64,000 nt of DNA from Pseudolabrys sp. (GCA_035648715.1 DASRLA010000007.1:6445-70444); one strand, 5' to 3'; shown: positions 9,925 through 19,903, numbered from the stretch's first letter. The notes: generated by a model not told the origin, from the sequence alone. Program-made: numbers and translations.

Positions 9925-11274
9925 CTAAATTAAAGCGGTGACCGGCATTTCCATCAGGCTCTTGAACGCCGCCAATAGTTCGGCGCCGAGCGCGCCGTCG
10001 ACGACACGGTGATCGCACGACAGCGTGACCGTCATCTGGCTGACGAATTTAACACTTCCGTCTTCCGCCTCAACCGGCGCACGCCGCGCGGCGCCGACCG
10101 CGAGGATGGTGGCATGCGGCGGATTGATGATGGCGGAAAACTCGCGCACGCCGTACATGCCGAGATTGGAAATGGCGCTTGAGCCGCCCTGATATTCATG
10201 GGCTATAAGTTTTTTCTCGCGCGCGCGTTCGGCCAGTTCGCGGATTTCCGATGATATCGCAGTCAGCGACTTTTGTTCGGCGTTGCGGATGACCGGCGTG
10301 ATCAGGCCGCCATCGAGTGCGACCGCCACGCCGATGTCGGAATGCGCGAAGCGCAGAATGCGATCGCCGGCCCAGACCGCGTTCGCGGCCGGAATGCGTT
10401 GCAGCGCCGCGGCCCAGGCCTTGATGACAAAGTCATTGAGCGAAAGCTTGAACGCCGCGTTGCTCTCTTTGTCTTTCGGCGCCGAGAAATTGGCTTCTTC
10501 GCGCATGGCCATGAGGCGGCCGATCTCGGTATCGGCGGTCAGATAGAAATGCGGAATAGTCTGCTTGGCCTCGACCAGCCGCTTGGCGATGGTTGCGCGC
10601 ATGGAATCGAGCGGCACCTCAACATATGCCACTCGGTCATAAAGCGCCTTGACCTGCGCATAGCTGGCGCCGATCGCCATCGCACCGCCGGAAGCTGGTG
10701 CCGCCTTGTCGATGTCGGCGGCGACGATGCGGCCATGCGGGCCCGAGCCGGAAAGGCGCGAAAGATCGATGCCGCGCTCGGAGGCCAGACGGCGCGCCAG
10801 CGGCGTCACAAAGACGCCGCCCGCGAGTTTGGAGGGCCCGTAATTGCGCTCCGGCGTGCGGACTTCGCGCCAGGCGGTCATGTCGGGATAGGCAAAATCG
10901 CGTGTGCCCTGACCATTGTTCCGCTCGTCCCCACGAAGGCGGGGACCCGGATCTTTTTGCCCCTGGGGCCCCGCTTTCGCGGGGGCGAGCGGAGATTGGG
11001 GTGCGCTTGCGGGTGCCGCGGCCTTCGGCGCAACTGACCCACCCTCGCCCGCGATCACCGCCACTACTGCGCCGACCTTGGCAACGTCGCCAACCTGGAA
11101 ATTAATATCGGTGAGCGTACCGCCGAAGGTGGCCGGCACTTCCATCGAGGTCTTGTCGGTTTCGATCTCGAACAGGTTGTCGCCCGGCTTGATGACGTCG
11201 CCGGCCGACTTGAACCATTTCACGATCTTACCCTCGGCGACGGTCTCGCCGAGTTGCGGCATCAGGACGTCCAT
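9925..11274 (-). CDS. 2-oxoacid dehydrogenase E2 (dihydrolipoamide acyltransferase)
   Basis: Lipoyl domain IETDKT, E3-binding PLARRLA...GSGPHGRI, catalytic DHRVVDG. Confidence 0.95.
   Translation of the reverse strand: MDVLMPQLGETVAEGKIVKWFKSAGDVIKPGDNLFEIETDKTSMEVPATFGGTLTDINFQVGDVAKVGAVVAVIAGEGGSVAPKAAAPASAPQSPLAPAKAGPQGQKDPGPRLRGDERNNGQGTRDFAYPDMTAWREVRTPERNYGPSKLAGGVFVTPLARRLASERGIDLSRLSGSGPHGRIVAADIDKAAPASGGAMAIGASYAQVKALYDRVAYVEVPLDSMRATIAKRLVEAKQTIPHFYLTADTEIGRLMAMREEANFSAPKDKESNAAFKLSLNDFVIKAWAAALQRIPAANAVWAGDRILRFAHSDIGVAVALDGGLITPVIRNAEQKSLTAISSEIRELAERAREKKLIAHEYQGGSSAISNLGMYGVREFSAIINPPHATILAVGAARRAPVEAEDGSVKFVSQMTVTLSCDHRVVDGALGAELLAAFKSLMEMPVTALI
10920..10993. repeat. palindromic repeat inserted in-frame in the E2 linker
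   Basis: TCCGCTCGTCCCCACGAAGGCGGGGACCC...GGGGCCCCGCTTTCGCGGGGGCGAGCGGA; translated as part of E2 (PAKAGPQGQKDPGPRLRGDER). Confidence 0.8.
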
Positions 11275-11307
11275 TAGTAGTCGCTCCTACTTCTTCCTTA
11301 GCCGCGC

Positions 11308-12759
11308 TTACCACGTCATCGACACATACTGCGTTTCGAGAAATTCCTTCATGCCTTCCTGCGCGCCTTCGCGGCCGAGACCGGACTGCTTCACGCCGCC
11401 GAAAGGCGCCGCCGGATCGGACACCAGACCACGATTCAATCCGATCATGCCGAACTCGAGCTTCTCCGATACGCGCAGGCCGCGCGTCAGGTCCTTGGTA
11501 TAGAGATAAGCGACCAGCCCATATTCGGTGTCGTTGGCGCGCTTGATCGCTTCGTCCTCGGTCTTGAAGGTCTGAATCGAGGCGACCGGCCCGAAGATTT
11601 CCTCGTTCAGCATTTTGGAATCGTCGGCCACGTTGGTGAGCACGGTCGCCGGATAGAAGAAGCCCGGCCCGTCCGGCAGCTTGCCGCCGGTCAAGACCTT
11701 GGCGCCCTTCGACACCGCATCGTCGACCAGTTCGACCACCTTGTCGCGGCCATCCTTGTTGACCAGCGGCCCGAGATTGACGCCATCGTCAAGGCCATTG
11801 CCCATCTTGAGCCCGGCCATCTTGGCGGTGAGCTTCTTGGCGAACTCGTCGTGCACCTTCTCATGCACGTAGAAGCGGTTCGCCGCCGTGCAGGCTTCGC
11901 CCATGTTCCTCATTTTCGCAATCATGGCGCCGTCGATGGCCGCGTCGATATCGGCATCGTCAAACACCAGGAACGGCGCATTGCCGCCAAGCTCCATCGC
12001 CGGCTTGACGATATTGTCGGCGGCTTCGTGCAGCAGCTTGCGGCCGACTTCGGTCGAGCCGGTGAAGGACACCACGCGCACGCGCGGATCGTGCAACATG
12101 GCGCTGACGACCTTGCCGGACGAACGCGACGGAATGACGTTGACTACGCCGGGCGGCACGCCGGCTTCTTCCAGCGCCGGCATCAGCGCCAGCATGGTGA
12201 GCGGCGTATCGGAAGCGGGCTTGAGCACCACTGGGCAGCCGGCGGCGAGCGCCGGGCCGATCTTGCGCGTCGCCATCGCGGCCGGGAAATTCCACGGCGT
12301 TACCAGAACGGCGATGCCGGCCGGCTTATGCTGCACGAAGATGCGCGCGCCCGAAGACGGCGCAATCGACACCTGACCGTTATTGCGCACGGCCTCCTCG
12401 GCGTACCAGCGGAAGAACTCCGCAGCATAGGCGACTTCGCCGCGCGAATCGGACAGCGCCTTGCCGTTTTCCAGCGTAATCAGTTTGGCGAAACGCTCGG
12501 CGTCGCGCATGATGACTTCGAAGGTCTTGCGTAGGATTTCGCCGCGCTCGCGCGGCTTCTTGCCGGCCCAGGCGGGGAAAGCCGCTTGCGCGGCGTCAAG
12601 CGCCGCCTTGGCGTCATCGACCGTGGCGCTCGCGACCGAAGCAATCGTTTTCTCGGTCGCCGGATCGATCACATCGAAGCGGCCGCCGTCGGAGGCTTTT
12701 TTCCATTTGCCGCCGATCCACAGGTCGGTCGGAACATTGGCGAGAAGATTATCGTACAT
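11308..12759 (-). CDS. gabD: NAD(P)-dependent succinate-semialdehyde dehydrogenase family aldehyde dehydrogenase
   Basis: PWNFP, FTGSTEVG, ELGGNAP, GEAC, EEIFGP, PFGGVKQSGLGREG; start MYDNLL after GGAG. Confidence 0.85.
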   Translation of the reverse strand: MYDNLLANVPTDLWIGGKWKKASDGGRFDVIDPATEKTIASVASATVDDAKAALDAAQAAFPAWAGKKPRERGEILRKTFEVIMRDAERFAKLITLENGKALSDSRGEVAYAAEFFRWYAEEAVRNNGQVSIAPSSGARIFVQHKPAGIAVLVTPWNFPAAMATRKIGPALAAGCPVVLKPASDTPLTMLALMPALEEAGVPPGVVNVIPSRSSGKVVSAMLHDPRVRVVSFTGSTEVGRKLLHEAADNIVKPAMELGGNAPFLVFDDADIDAAIDGAMIAKMRNMGEACTAANRFYVHEKVHDEFAKKLTAKMAGLKMGNGLDDGVNLGPLVNKDGRDKVVELVDDAVSKGAKVLTGGKLPDGPGFFYPATVLTNVADDSKMLNEEIFGPVASIQTFKTEDEAIKRANDTEYGLVAYLYTKDLTRGLRVSEKLEFGMIGLNRGLVSDPAAPFGGVKQSGLGREGAQEGMKEFLETQYVSMTW

Positions 12760-12774
12760 GAATTTACTCCAATT

Positions 12775-12869
12775 GTAGGGTGGGTTAGCGCCGAAAGGCG
12801 CGTAACCCACCATCGAAATCGCCGTGCATTTGCGGTGGGTTACGGCGCTACGCGCCTAACCCACCCTAC
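12775..12869. repeat. GTAG-family REP doublet (REPIN-like)
   Basis: GTAGGGTGGGTTAGCG...CGTAACCCACC followed by the inverted copy GGTGGGTTACG...CTAACCCACCCTAC; its GTAG supplies the E1-beta stop codon. Confidence 0.85.
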
Positions 12870-13846
12870 GCCCCCAAGCTCTTACGCACCGTCTCCACGA
12901 TCCGAGCCGGCGTCGGCAGCACGATGTCTTCGAGAATATCGGCGGCCGGCAGCGGAATGTGCGGCGTGGTGATGCGCACCGGCGGACCGTCGAGATCGTA
13001 GAAGGCCTCATCGGCGACGATCGACACGATTTCGGCGCCCCAACCGCACAGCCGCGGATTTTCCTCGACCGTGAACAGCCGGTGCGTCTTCGCCACCGAG
13101 CCGAGAATGGTTTGAGTGTCGAGCGGCACCAGCGAGCGCACATCGATAACTTCGCAATTAATGCCGTGTTCCGATTTCAGCGTTTCGGCGGCAGCGAGCG
13201 CGCGCGACACCATCAAAGCGAGCGCGACGATGGTGCAGTCCGAGCCCTCCCGCAGGATTTTAGCGGTGCCGAGCTTGTCGACGATCTCGCCGTCAGGAAC
13301 TTCGCCCTTGGTGGCGTACAGCGACTTGTGCTCGAGGAAGATCACGGGGTCGGGATCGCGCACGGAAGCCGCCAGCAATCCGATCACATCGATGGGGGAC
13401 GAGGGCGCCACGACCTTGAGGCCGGGGATCATCATGCACCAGTTCTCGACGCTCTGCGAATGCTGCGCGCCGAAGCGCGAGCCCGCTCCATTGCCGGTGC
13501 GCACCACCAGCGGACATTTGGTCTGCCCGTTCGACATATAACGGCTCTTCGGAAACTCATTGGCGATGTAGTCGAAGCAGACGGCGAAGAAATCCGAGAA
13601 CATGATTTCCGCGATCGGCTTGAGGCCCGTCATCGCCGCGCCCATGGCGGCGCCCATGATCGCCTGTTCCGAGATCGGCGTGTCGCGCACGCGCAACGGC
13701 CCGAACTGTTCGTACAAGCCGACCGTTGCCTTGAACACGCCGCCGGCTTTCGCCACATCCTCGCCGAGGAACACGACATCGTTGTCGCGCGCCATTTCCT
13801 GCGCGATGCCGCGAATGACCGCGTCGCGATAGCTGATTTCCGGCAT
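12866..13846 (-). CDS. 2-oxoacid/acetoin dehydrogenase E1 beta subunit
   Basis: GEDV, DTPISE, AQHSQS, DPDPVIFLEHK, EVIDVRSLVPLD. Confidence 0.93.
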   Translation of the reverse strand: MPEISYRDAVIRGIAQEMARDNDVVFLGEDVAKAGGVFKATVGLYEQFGPLRVRDTPISEQAIMGAAMGAAMTGLKPIAEIMFSDFFAVCFDYIANEFPKSRYMSNGQTKCPLVVRTGNGAGSRFGAQHSQSVENWCMMIPGLKVVAPSSPIDVIGLLAASVRDPDPVIFLEHKSLYATKGEVPDGEIVDKLGTAKILREGSDCTIVALALMVSRALAAAETLKSEHGINCEVIDVRSLVPLDTQTILGSVAKTHRLFTVEENPRLCGWGAEIVSIVADEAFYDLDGPPVRITTPHIPLPAADILEDIVLPTPARIVETVRKSLGA

Positions 13847-13879
13847 ACTAGTTTCTCACCTTCAATTTATCGCGCCAAC

Positions 13880-14926
13880 TCAGTTACGCCATGCCCAGCC
13901 GCCATCGGCATAGACATCGGTGGTCAGGATATCGAGCGGCGGCATCGGCGCGGCCTTGCAGACCTCGGTCGCGTCGTCGACTTCCTTGCGCACGCTGGCG
14001 TCGATCTCCGCGATCTTGGCGTCGCTGACGCCGAAAGCCTTAAGCCGTTCGCGATAGATCTTGATCGGATCGCGTTCTTTCCATTTTTCCAGTTCGCCTT
14101 CCGGGCGATACTTGGCCGGGTCGGCGCGCGAATGGCCGCTATGACGATAAGTCATGCACTCAATCAGCGACGGGCCTTCGCCGGCGCGCGCCTTCGCAAA
14201 TGCTTTCTGCGCGGTGCGGTAGACCACGTCGGCGTCGTTGCCGTCGATGACGATGCGCTCGAGGCCATAGGAACCGGCGCGGTCGGCGGCCGGATGCTCG
14301 ACCGCGGTGACATCGCCGATCGGCGTGTATTCCATATAGAGGTTGTTCTCGCACACGAACACGACTGGCAGTTTCCAGACGGCTGCGAAGTTCAGCGCCT
14401 CGTGGAAGGCGCCAATATTGGTCGTGCCGTCTCCGAAGAAACAGACCGACACGTCCTTGTCGCCTTTGTATTGCGCACGCCAGGCTGCGCCACAAGCAAT
14501 AGGCAAATGCGCGCCGATGATGGCGTAGGAACCCATCACGCCATGTTCCTCAGACGTCAAATGCATCGAGCCGCCTTTGCCGCGCATCAGGCCGTTGTCC
14601 TTTTGCATCAGCTCGCCCAACACCTTCTCGACCGGCACGCCGCGCGCCAGCGTATGGGCATGGCCGCGATAGGTGCAGAACGACAGGTCGCCCTTCACCA
14701 TCGCCTCGCCGAAGCCGGCCGCGATGGCTTCCTGGCCGAGCGACAGATGACTCGTACCCTTCACCAGGTTTTGCAAAAACAGGTCGTAGGCGCGCTGCTC
14801 GGCGTCGCGCAGGCGCACCTGCGAGCGGTACAAGGCCAAGCGCTTGTCCTCGCCGATATCGTCGTTCAAGCCGGAACCGGCAGGGGCATGCCCAGCGACT
14901 TGCGCCCGGTCTTTTGCTGTGGCCAT
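13880..14926 (-). CDS. 2-oxoacid/acetoin dehydrogenase E1 alpha subunit
   Basis: GQEA, TYRGH, GKGGSMH, TPP motif GDG...ENN, YRHSGHS. Confidence 0.93.
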   Translation of the reverse strand: MATAKDRAQVAGHAPAGSGLNDDIGEDKRLALYRSQVRLRDAEQRAYDLFLQNLVKGTSHLSLGQEAIAAGFGEAMVKGDLSFCTYRGHAHTLARGVPVEKVLGELMQKDNGLMRGKGGSMHLTSEEHGVMGSYAIIGAHLPIACGAAWRAQYKGDKDVSVCFFGDGTTNIGAFHEALNFAAVWKLPVVFVCENNLYMEYTPIGDVTAVEHPAADRAGSYGLERIVIDGNDADVVYRTAQKAFAKARAGEGPSLIECMTYRHSGHSRADPAKYRPEGELEKWKERDPIKIYRERLKAFGVSDAKIAEIDASVRKEVDDATEVCKAAPMPPLDILTTDVYADGGWAWRN

Positions 14927-15055
14927 GAAAAGTTCCTCGGCGTCTAAAATCAGCGTGTTTTTGTTTTCGGGCCGGAACTTAGCCCTTCCGGCGAAGTCCC
15001 CGCAACTGTCCTAATCTGAGGTGCTGCTATTCCGGGACCGCGCGGATTGACAAGA

Positions 15056-15964
15056 TTATTCGATAACAGCCTCGCTGGTTGTGGCCTTGCCCACCCGGCG
15101 CTCGCGATAAAGCAGATAGAGGCCGGAGCCGACCACGATGGTCGCACCCGCCAGGGTCCATTCGTTGGGCAGATGATCGAACACCAGATAACCCAAAATC
15201 GTGACCCAGATGAGCTGCGTGTAAATGAACGGCGACAACACCGCCGCCGGCGCCAACCGATGTCCAGCAATCATCAGGAAATGCCCGAAGCTGCCGAACA
15301 CGCCGGTGGCGAGCAACAGCGCGCCCAGGCGCCAGTTCGCCGGCGTCTGCCAGACAAAGGGAATGACTGGCAGCATCACCACAGCGCCGACCGCATTGTT
15401 GAAGAAGAGCGAGGTCTGGTTTGAATCCGAACGCGATACCACGCGGGTGATCACGGCATAAAAGCCATAGCAGATGACCGAAGCGAGCGAGAACAAGGCG
15501 CCGGGATTGAAGGCCGTCAGTCCCGGCCGCGTAATCAGCAACACGCCGCAAAAGCCGACGCCGACCGCCGTCCAGCGCCGCCAGCCGATCCATTCGCCGA
15601 GAACGGGGCCGGACGCGATTGCCACGATGAAGGGAAAGGTGAAGATAATCGACAGCACTTCGTCGAGTTGCATCCATTGCAACGCGATGAAGTTCAGGAC
15701 CGTGGAGGCGACCAACAGGATGCCGCGGACGATCTGGAGAAAAGGCCGCCGGCTTTTTATGAGTTGCGGATGCGTGATCGGATTAGAAATCAGGAACGTC
15801 AACACAAAGGCGCTGGTATAACGCGCCCATGCGACCTGAAGCGGGTCCATGCGTGCGCCGAGATATTTCGCGGTAGCGTCGAGGCAGGCGAAGACGGCGA
15901 CCGTCGCGCACATTAATGCGATTCCGATCAGCCGTTCCCGGTGATATTGCGACGCGCCGCTCAA
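15056..15964 (-). CDS. DMT/EamA family transporter
   Basis: About 10 TM segments with LGE.IGWRRW motif; TTG start inferred overlapping the SDR stop. Confidence 0.85.
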   Translation of the reverse strand: MSGASQYHRERLIGIALMCATVAVFACLDATAKYLGARMDPLQVAWARYTSAFVLTFLISNPITHPQLIKSRRPFLQIVRGILLVASTVLNFIALQWMQLDEVLSIIFTFPFIVAIASGPVLGEWIGWRRWTAVGVGFCGVLLITRPGLTAFNPGALFSLASVICYGFYAVITRVVSRSDSNQTSLFFNNAVGAVVMLPVIPFVWQTPANWRLGALLLATGVFGSFGHFLMIAGHRLAPAAVLSPFIYTQLIWVTILGYLVFDHLPNEWTLAGATIVVGSGLYLLYRERRVGKATTSEAVIE

Positions 15965-16725
15965 TAGGTGGCCCGGCCACCGGAAATGTCGAACACCGCG
16001 CCGGTCGTGAATGAACACTCGGACGAAGCGCAAAATGCAACGAGCGCCGCGATCTCATCGACGGTGACAAATCGCCCGCGCGGAATCTTCGACAGCATGA
16101 AATCGATATGCTCTTGCGTCATCTGATCGAAGATCGCGGTGCGCGCCGCCGCCGGGGTCAGGCAATTGACCGAGATGTCGTGCGCCGCCAATTCCTTGCC
16201 GAGCGATTTGGTCAGCGCGATGACGCCGGCCTTCGAGGCCGAATAAGCCGGCGCGTTCGGGTTGCCTTCCTTGCCGGCGATGGAAGCAATGTTGACGATG
16301 CGGCCGTAATTCTGCGCGATCATCACCGGCGCCACCGCGCGGCAACAATGAAACGGTCCGTCGAGGTTGACCGCCAGTACCTGCTTCCAGGCTTCGACCG
16401 GATACTCCCAGGTTTTTGTATTCGGCCCGGCGATGCCGGCGTTGCACACAAGAATGTCGATGCGGCCGAAAAGTTTCAGCGTCGCCTCGCGCGCGCGCTC
16501 GACGTTTGCGTAATCGGTGACGTCGGTGGCGACCGCCTCGACGCGGCCGGCTTTGGCGAGTTCGGCCGCCGTGTTTTTGGCGAGTTCGAGATCGCGGTCC
16601 CAGATCGCCACCGCCCCGCCGGACTTGAGGAAACGTTCGACGATGGCGCGGCCGATGCCTTGCGCGCCGCCGGTGACGACCGCGAAGCGGCCGCCGAGGT
16701 CAATCGTATTTAGCTGCTTGGCCAT
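15961..16725 (-). CDS. SDR family oxidoreductase
   Basis: TGGAQGIG, NAGIAG, YSASK, TGAVFDISGG. Confidence 0.92.
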   Translation of the reverse strand: MAKQLNTIDLGGRFAVVTGGAQGIGRAIVERFLKSGGAVAIWDRDLELAKNTAAELAKAGRVEAVATDVTDYANVERAREATLKLFGRIDILVCNAGIAGPNTKTWEYPVEAWKQVLAVNLDGPFHCCRAVAPVMIAQNYGRIVNIASIAGKEGNPNAPAYSASKAGVIALTKSLGKELAAHDISVNCLTPAAARTAIFDQMTQEHIDFMLSKIPRGRFVTVDEIAALVAFCASSECSFTTGAVFDISGGRATY

Positions 16726-16871
16726 GATATGAGCGCCCCCGCGCAATTGTTTTCGCGCTGCCGCTTGGTATAATCGGTTTGCAGGGGAAATAGCAGCCTC
16801 CCCTTAGAGATGGCAGCCATCTATCCAAGGCTTGCATTCAAGCGCTGGTCACTTTTGATTGGGCGCGACCA

Positions 16872-17612
16872 ATGGATGGCGCTGTTCTTGCACTTTTCCT
16901 GTGTTCGGTCTTCATCGGCGGCATCGTCACCGGGCTCGCCGGTTTTGCCATGGGCCTGGTAGTCTCCGGCATCTGGCTGCACATCCTGACGCCGCAGCAG
17001 ACTGCCGCGCTGATCGTCGGCTACGGCCTGCTGGTGCAAAGCTACAGCATCTGGAAACTTCGGCACGCGCTGAACTGGCGCACGGTCGCGCCCTTCATCG
17101 CGGGCGGTGCAATCGGCGTGCCGATCGGCGCCATCCTGCTCTCGTATATCGACCGCGATTACCTGCGCACCGGCGTCGGTGTCTTGCTGGTGCTTTACAG
17201 CATCCACGGCCTGACGCAGCCGGTGGTCAAACCGATCGAGGGCCACGTTCCGCTCGAGGTCGGGGTCGGCCTGCTGAACGGAATTCTGGGCGGCATGACC
17301 GGCCTGTCCGGCCCGATCATTACCATCTGGTGCCAATTGCGCGGCTGGCCGAAGGACGTGCAGCGCGCGGTCTATCAGCCGGTCATCATCGCGGCCTTCG
17401 CGCTGACTGCGATTTCGCTGGCGATTGCGGGCACCGTCACCACCGAACTGGTCAAGCTCTATGCCATGGGCCTTCCATTGCTGGCGGCCGGCATGTGGGT
17501 CGGGCTGAAACTCTACGGCCATCTCGACGACAACGCCTTCCGCAAAGTGATCCTGGTGTTGTTACTGTTGTCCGGGCTAACCCTGATCGTACCGTTTTCG
17601 CTGTTTCAATAG
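16872..17612 (+). CDS. TauE/SafE sulfite exporter family membrane protein
   Basis: GLAGFAMG and GGMTGLSGP repeats, about 8 TMs. Confidence 0.82.
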   Translation: MDGAVLALFLCSVFIGGIVTGLAGFAMGLVVSGIWLHILTPQQTAALIVGYGLLVQSYSIWKLRHALNWRTVAPFIAGGAIGVPIGAILLSYIDRDYLRTGVGVLLVLYSIHGLTQPVVKPIEGHVPLEVGVGLLNGILGGMTGLSGPIITIWCQLRGWPKDVQRAVYQPVIIAAFALTAISLAIAGTVTTELVKLYAMGLPLLAAGMWVGLKLYGHLDDNAFRKVILVLLLLSGLTLIVPFSLFQ

Positions 17613-17654
17613 GCGCGCGACTTGCTGGCGGCGCGGCGCTGAGATAGAAGATGT

Positions 17655-17750
17655 TTGTGGGGCCAACGGCGGTCGCCCCGCGCTTCCAGGTTTTAAGAGC
17701 GAACTCGCTCAAAGAGCCCAAGCACCGTCTCCTTCGTTACGGAGGGGACT
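17655..17750 (+). promoter_or_regulatory. structured leader upstream of chrB (candidate chrB-type RNA/DNA motif)
   Basis: Hairpins GTGGGGC...GCCCCGC, GAGCGAACTCGCTC and CTCCTTCGTTACGGAG (the last includes the GGAG RBS), all directly 5' of chrB. Confidence 0.4.
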
Positions 17751-17751
17751 T

Positions 17752-18576
17752 ATGCTTGCACTGAATTTTTCGGTTTCACCGATAGAGCTTTGGCATTCGA
17801 TGGCGACGCCGCGCGTGCCGCAGATCGTCGATGTGCGGCGGCGCGACATCTACGAATCGAACCCGGGTTTGTTGCCCGCATCGGTCTGGCGCGACCCGGT
17901 TGAACACGCGCAATGGATTTCGAAGCTCGACCCTACCCGCCCCATTGTCGCAGCCTGCAAAGCCGGCAAGGAGCTCAGCCAATTCGTTACGGCCGAATTG
18001 CGCGGTCTCGGCCTTAACGCCGCCATGCTGGCCGGCGGCTATGCGGCCTGGAACGAAGCGAAGCTTCCGCTCATCGAGCGCGCGGCTGTGGAGCGTTTTG
18101 TCGCGCAGCGCCCCAGCGTCTGGGTCACGCGGCGGCGGCCGAAGATCGACCGTATCGCCTGCCCGTGGCTGATCCGCCGTTTCATCGATCCGGATGCAAA
18201 AATCATCTTCGTCGATCCGGATTACGTCCAGGCCGCGGCCAAAGAGTTCGGCGGCACGCCATTCGACATCGCCGATGTCGAGATTTCGCACGATGGCGAA
18301 CGTTGCAGCTTCGACACGATGCTCAAATTATTTGGGCTGGAAAGCGAGCCCGCGCTGGCGCGACTGGCCTTGATCGTGCGCGGCGCCGATACCGCGCGGC
18401 CCGACCTCGCGGCTGAAGCCGCCGGTTTGCACGCCGTTTCACTCGGACTGTCTGCGCTTGCCGGCGACGACGACCATGGCCTGCTGCGGCAAGGATTCGT
18501 CATCTATGATGCTTTGTTTGCCTGGCTGCGCTTTGCCGCCGGCGAACGGCACAACTGGCCCGTCAAGGCGGCGTGA
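17752..18576 (+). CDS. chrB: chromate resistance protein ChrB-like (rhodanese + chromate resistance domain)
   Basis: WVTRRRPKIDRIACPWLIRRFIDP, SHDGERCSFD; N-terminal rhodanese-like IVDVR...LAGGY. Confidence 0.88.
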   Translation: MLALNFSVSPIELWHSMATPRVPQIVDVRRRDIYESNPGLLPASVWRDPVEHAQWISKLDPTRPIVAACKAGKELSQFVTAELRGLGLNAAMLAGGYAAWNEAKLPLIERAAVERFVAQRPSVWVTRRRPKIDRIACPWLIRRFIDPDAKIIFVDPDYVQAAAKEFGGTPFDIADVEISHDGERCSFDTMLKLFGLESEPALARLALIVRGADTARPDLAAEAAGLHAVSLGLSALAGDDDHGLLRQGFVIYDALFAWLRFAAGERHNWPVKAA

Positions 18577-18577
18577 C

Positions 18578-19903
18578 ATGAATTCAACAGACACCGCCGC
18601 TCTCAAACCGACCTTCGGCGAGGCTCTCAGAGTCTGGTTCACGGTCGGCTGCCTGTCGTTCGGCGGGCCGGCCGGGCAGATCGCGCTGTTGCATCGCATC
18701 GTCGTCGACGAAAAAAAATGGCTGCCGGAAGCGCGCTTCCTGCACGCGCTGAACTTCTGCATGTTGCTGCCGGGGCCGGAAGCGCAACAGCTTGCGACCT
18801 ATACCGGCTGGCTACTGCACGGCGTGCGCGGTGGACTGGCAGCCGGCATTCTGTTCGTGCTGCCGGGCACCTGCGTGATGCTGGGCTTGAGCCTGCTGTA
18901 TGCCTATGGCCGTGGCGTCGGCGCCATCGATGGCGCGCTGTTCGGCATCAAGGCGGCCGTGCTGGTCATCGTGGTCGAGGCGCTGATCCGCATCGGCAAG
19001 CGCGCGCTGAAGTCGAAGCTCCTGGTGGGCGTCGCCGCGCTTGCTTTTATCGGCATCTTTTTTCTGGCGCTGCCGTTTCCGCTCATCGTCGCCGGCGCTG
19101 GCTTGATCGGATATGTCGCGGCGCGGATAAACCCCAAACATGTCGCCCTCAGCGCCGCCAACGATAACGTCGTAGTACCCGCGGCTGGGCGCTGGCGGCT
19201 GGCAGCTATCTCAATTCCAACAGGGTTGGCGATCTGGTGGGCGCCGATATTGCTGATCGCCCTGACCCTCGGCCCGCGGCACGTGCTGATGGACATCGGC
19301 CTGTTCTTTTCCAAATTGGCGGTAGTCACGTTCGGCGGCGCCTATGCCGTGCTCGCTTACATGGCGCAGCAGGTGGTCGAGACCCATCATTGGCTCAGCG
19401 CGCCGGAAATGGTCGATGCCTTGGGGCTTGCCGAAACCACGCCCGGCCCGCTCATTCTGGTAACGCAATTTGTCGGCTTCCTCGCCGCCTTCCGCGACGC
19501 CGCACCATTTACGCCGCTCGTTGCCGGATTGATCGGCGCAATGCTGACCGTCTGGGTGACCTTTGTACCGTCGATGCTGTGGATTTTTGCCGGCGCGGCA
19601 TTCGTCGAGGAACTGCGCGGCAATCGCAACCTCGCCGGCGCGCTCGCCGCCATCACCGCCGCCGTGGTCGGCGTCATCCTGAACCTATCGGTCTGGTTCG
19701 CGCTGCATGTGCTGTTCGGTCAAGTGACCGAACAGCATTCGGGTCCGCTGCGTTGGTACGCCGTCGATCCCCATACGCTCGACACTCACGTCGCGATGCT
19801 CGCGCTGACCGCCGCCATTCTGACATTCCGCTTTCATCGCGGATTGATCGAGGTAATCGGCGTGATGGCGCTATTGGGCATCGCCACGCATTTTTACGGC
19901 TAG
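18578..19903 (+). CDS. chrA: chromate efflux transporter ChrA (long chain)
   Basis: SFGGPAGQIA, LPGPEA, TFGGAYAV, ETTPGP duplicated CHR motifs. Confidence 0.95.
   Translation: MNSTDTAALKPTFGEALRVWFTVGCLSFGGPAGQIALLHRIVVDEKKWLPEARFLHALNFCMLLPGPEAQQLATYTGWLLHGVRGGLAAGILFVLPGTCVMLGLSLLYAYGRGVGAIDGALFGIKAAVLVIVVEALIRIGKRALKSKLLVGVAALAFIGIFFLALPFPLIVAGAGLIGYVAARINPKHVALSAANDNVVVPAAGRWRLAAISIPTGLAIWWAPILLIALTLGPRHVLMDIGLFFSKLAVVTFGGAYAVLAYMAQQVVETHHWLSAPEMVDALGLAETTPGPLILVTQFVGFLAAFRDAAPFTPLVAGLIGAMLTVWVTFVPSMLWIFAGAAFVEELRGNRNLAGALAAITAAVVGVILNLSVWFALHVLFGQVTEQHSGPLRWYAVDPHTLDTHVAMLALTAAILTFRFHRGLIEVIGVMALLGIATHFYG

Noticed and set aside
65-14947. Long antisense or alternative-frame ORFs (e.g. 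65..931, 8599..9933, 12959..14947; likewise 32068..33360 and 63115..63927)
   Set aside because: Shadow frames of genuine high-GC genes on the opposite strand; Arg/His-rich with no motifs.
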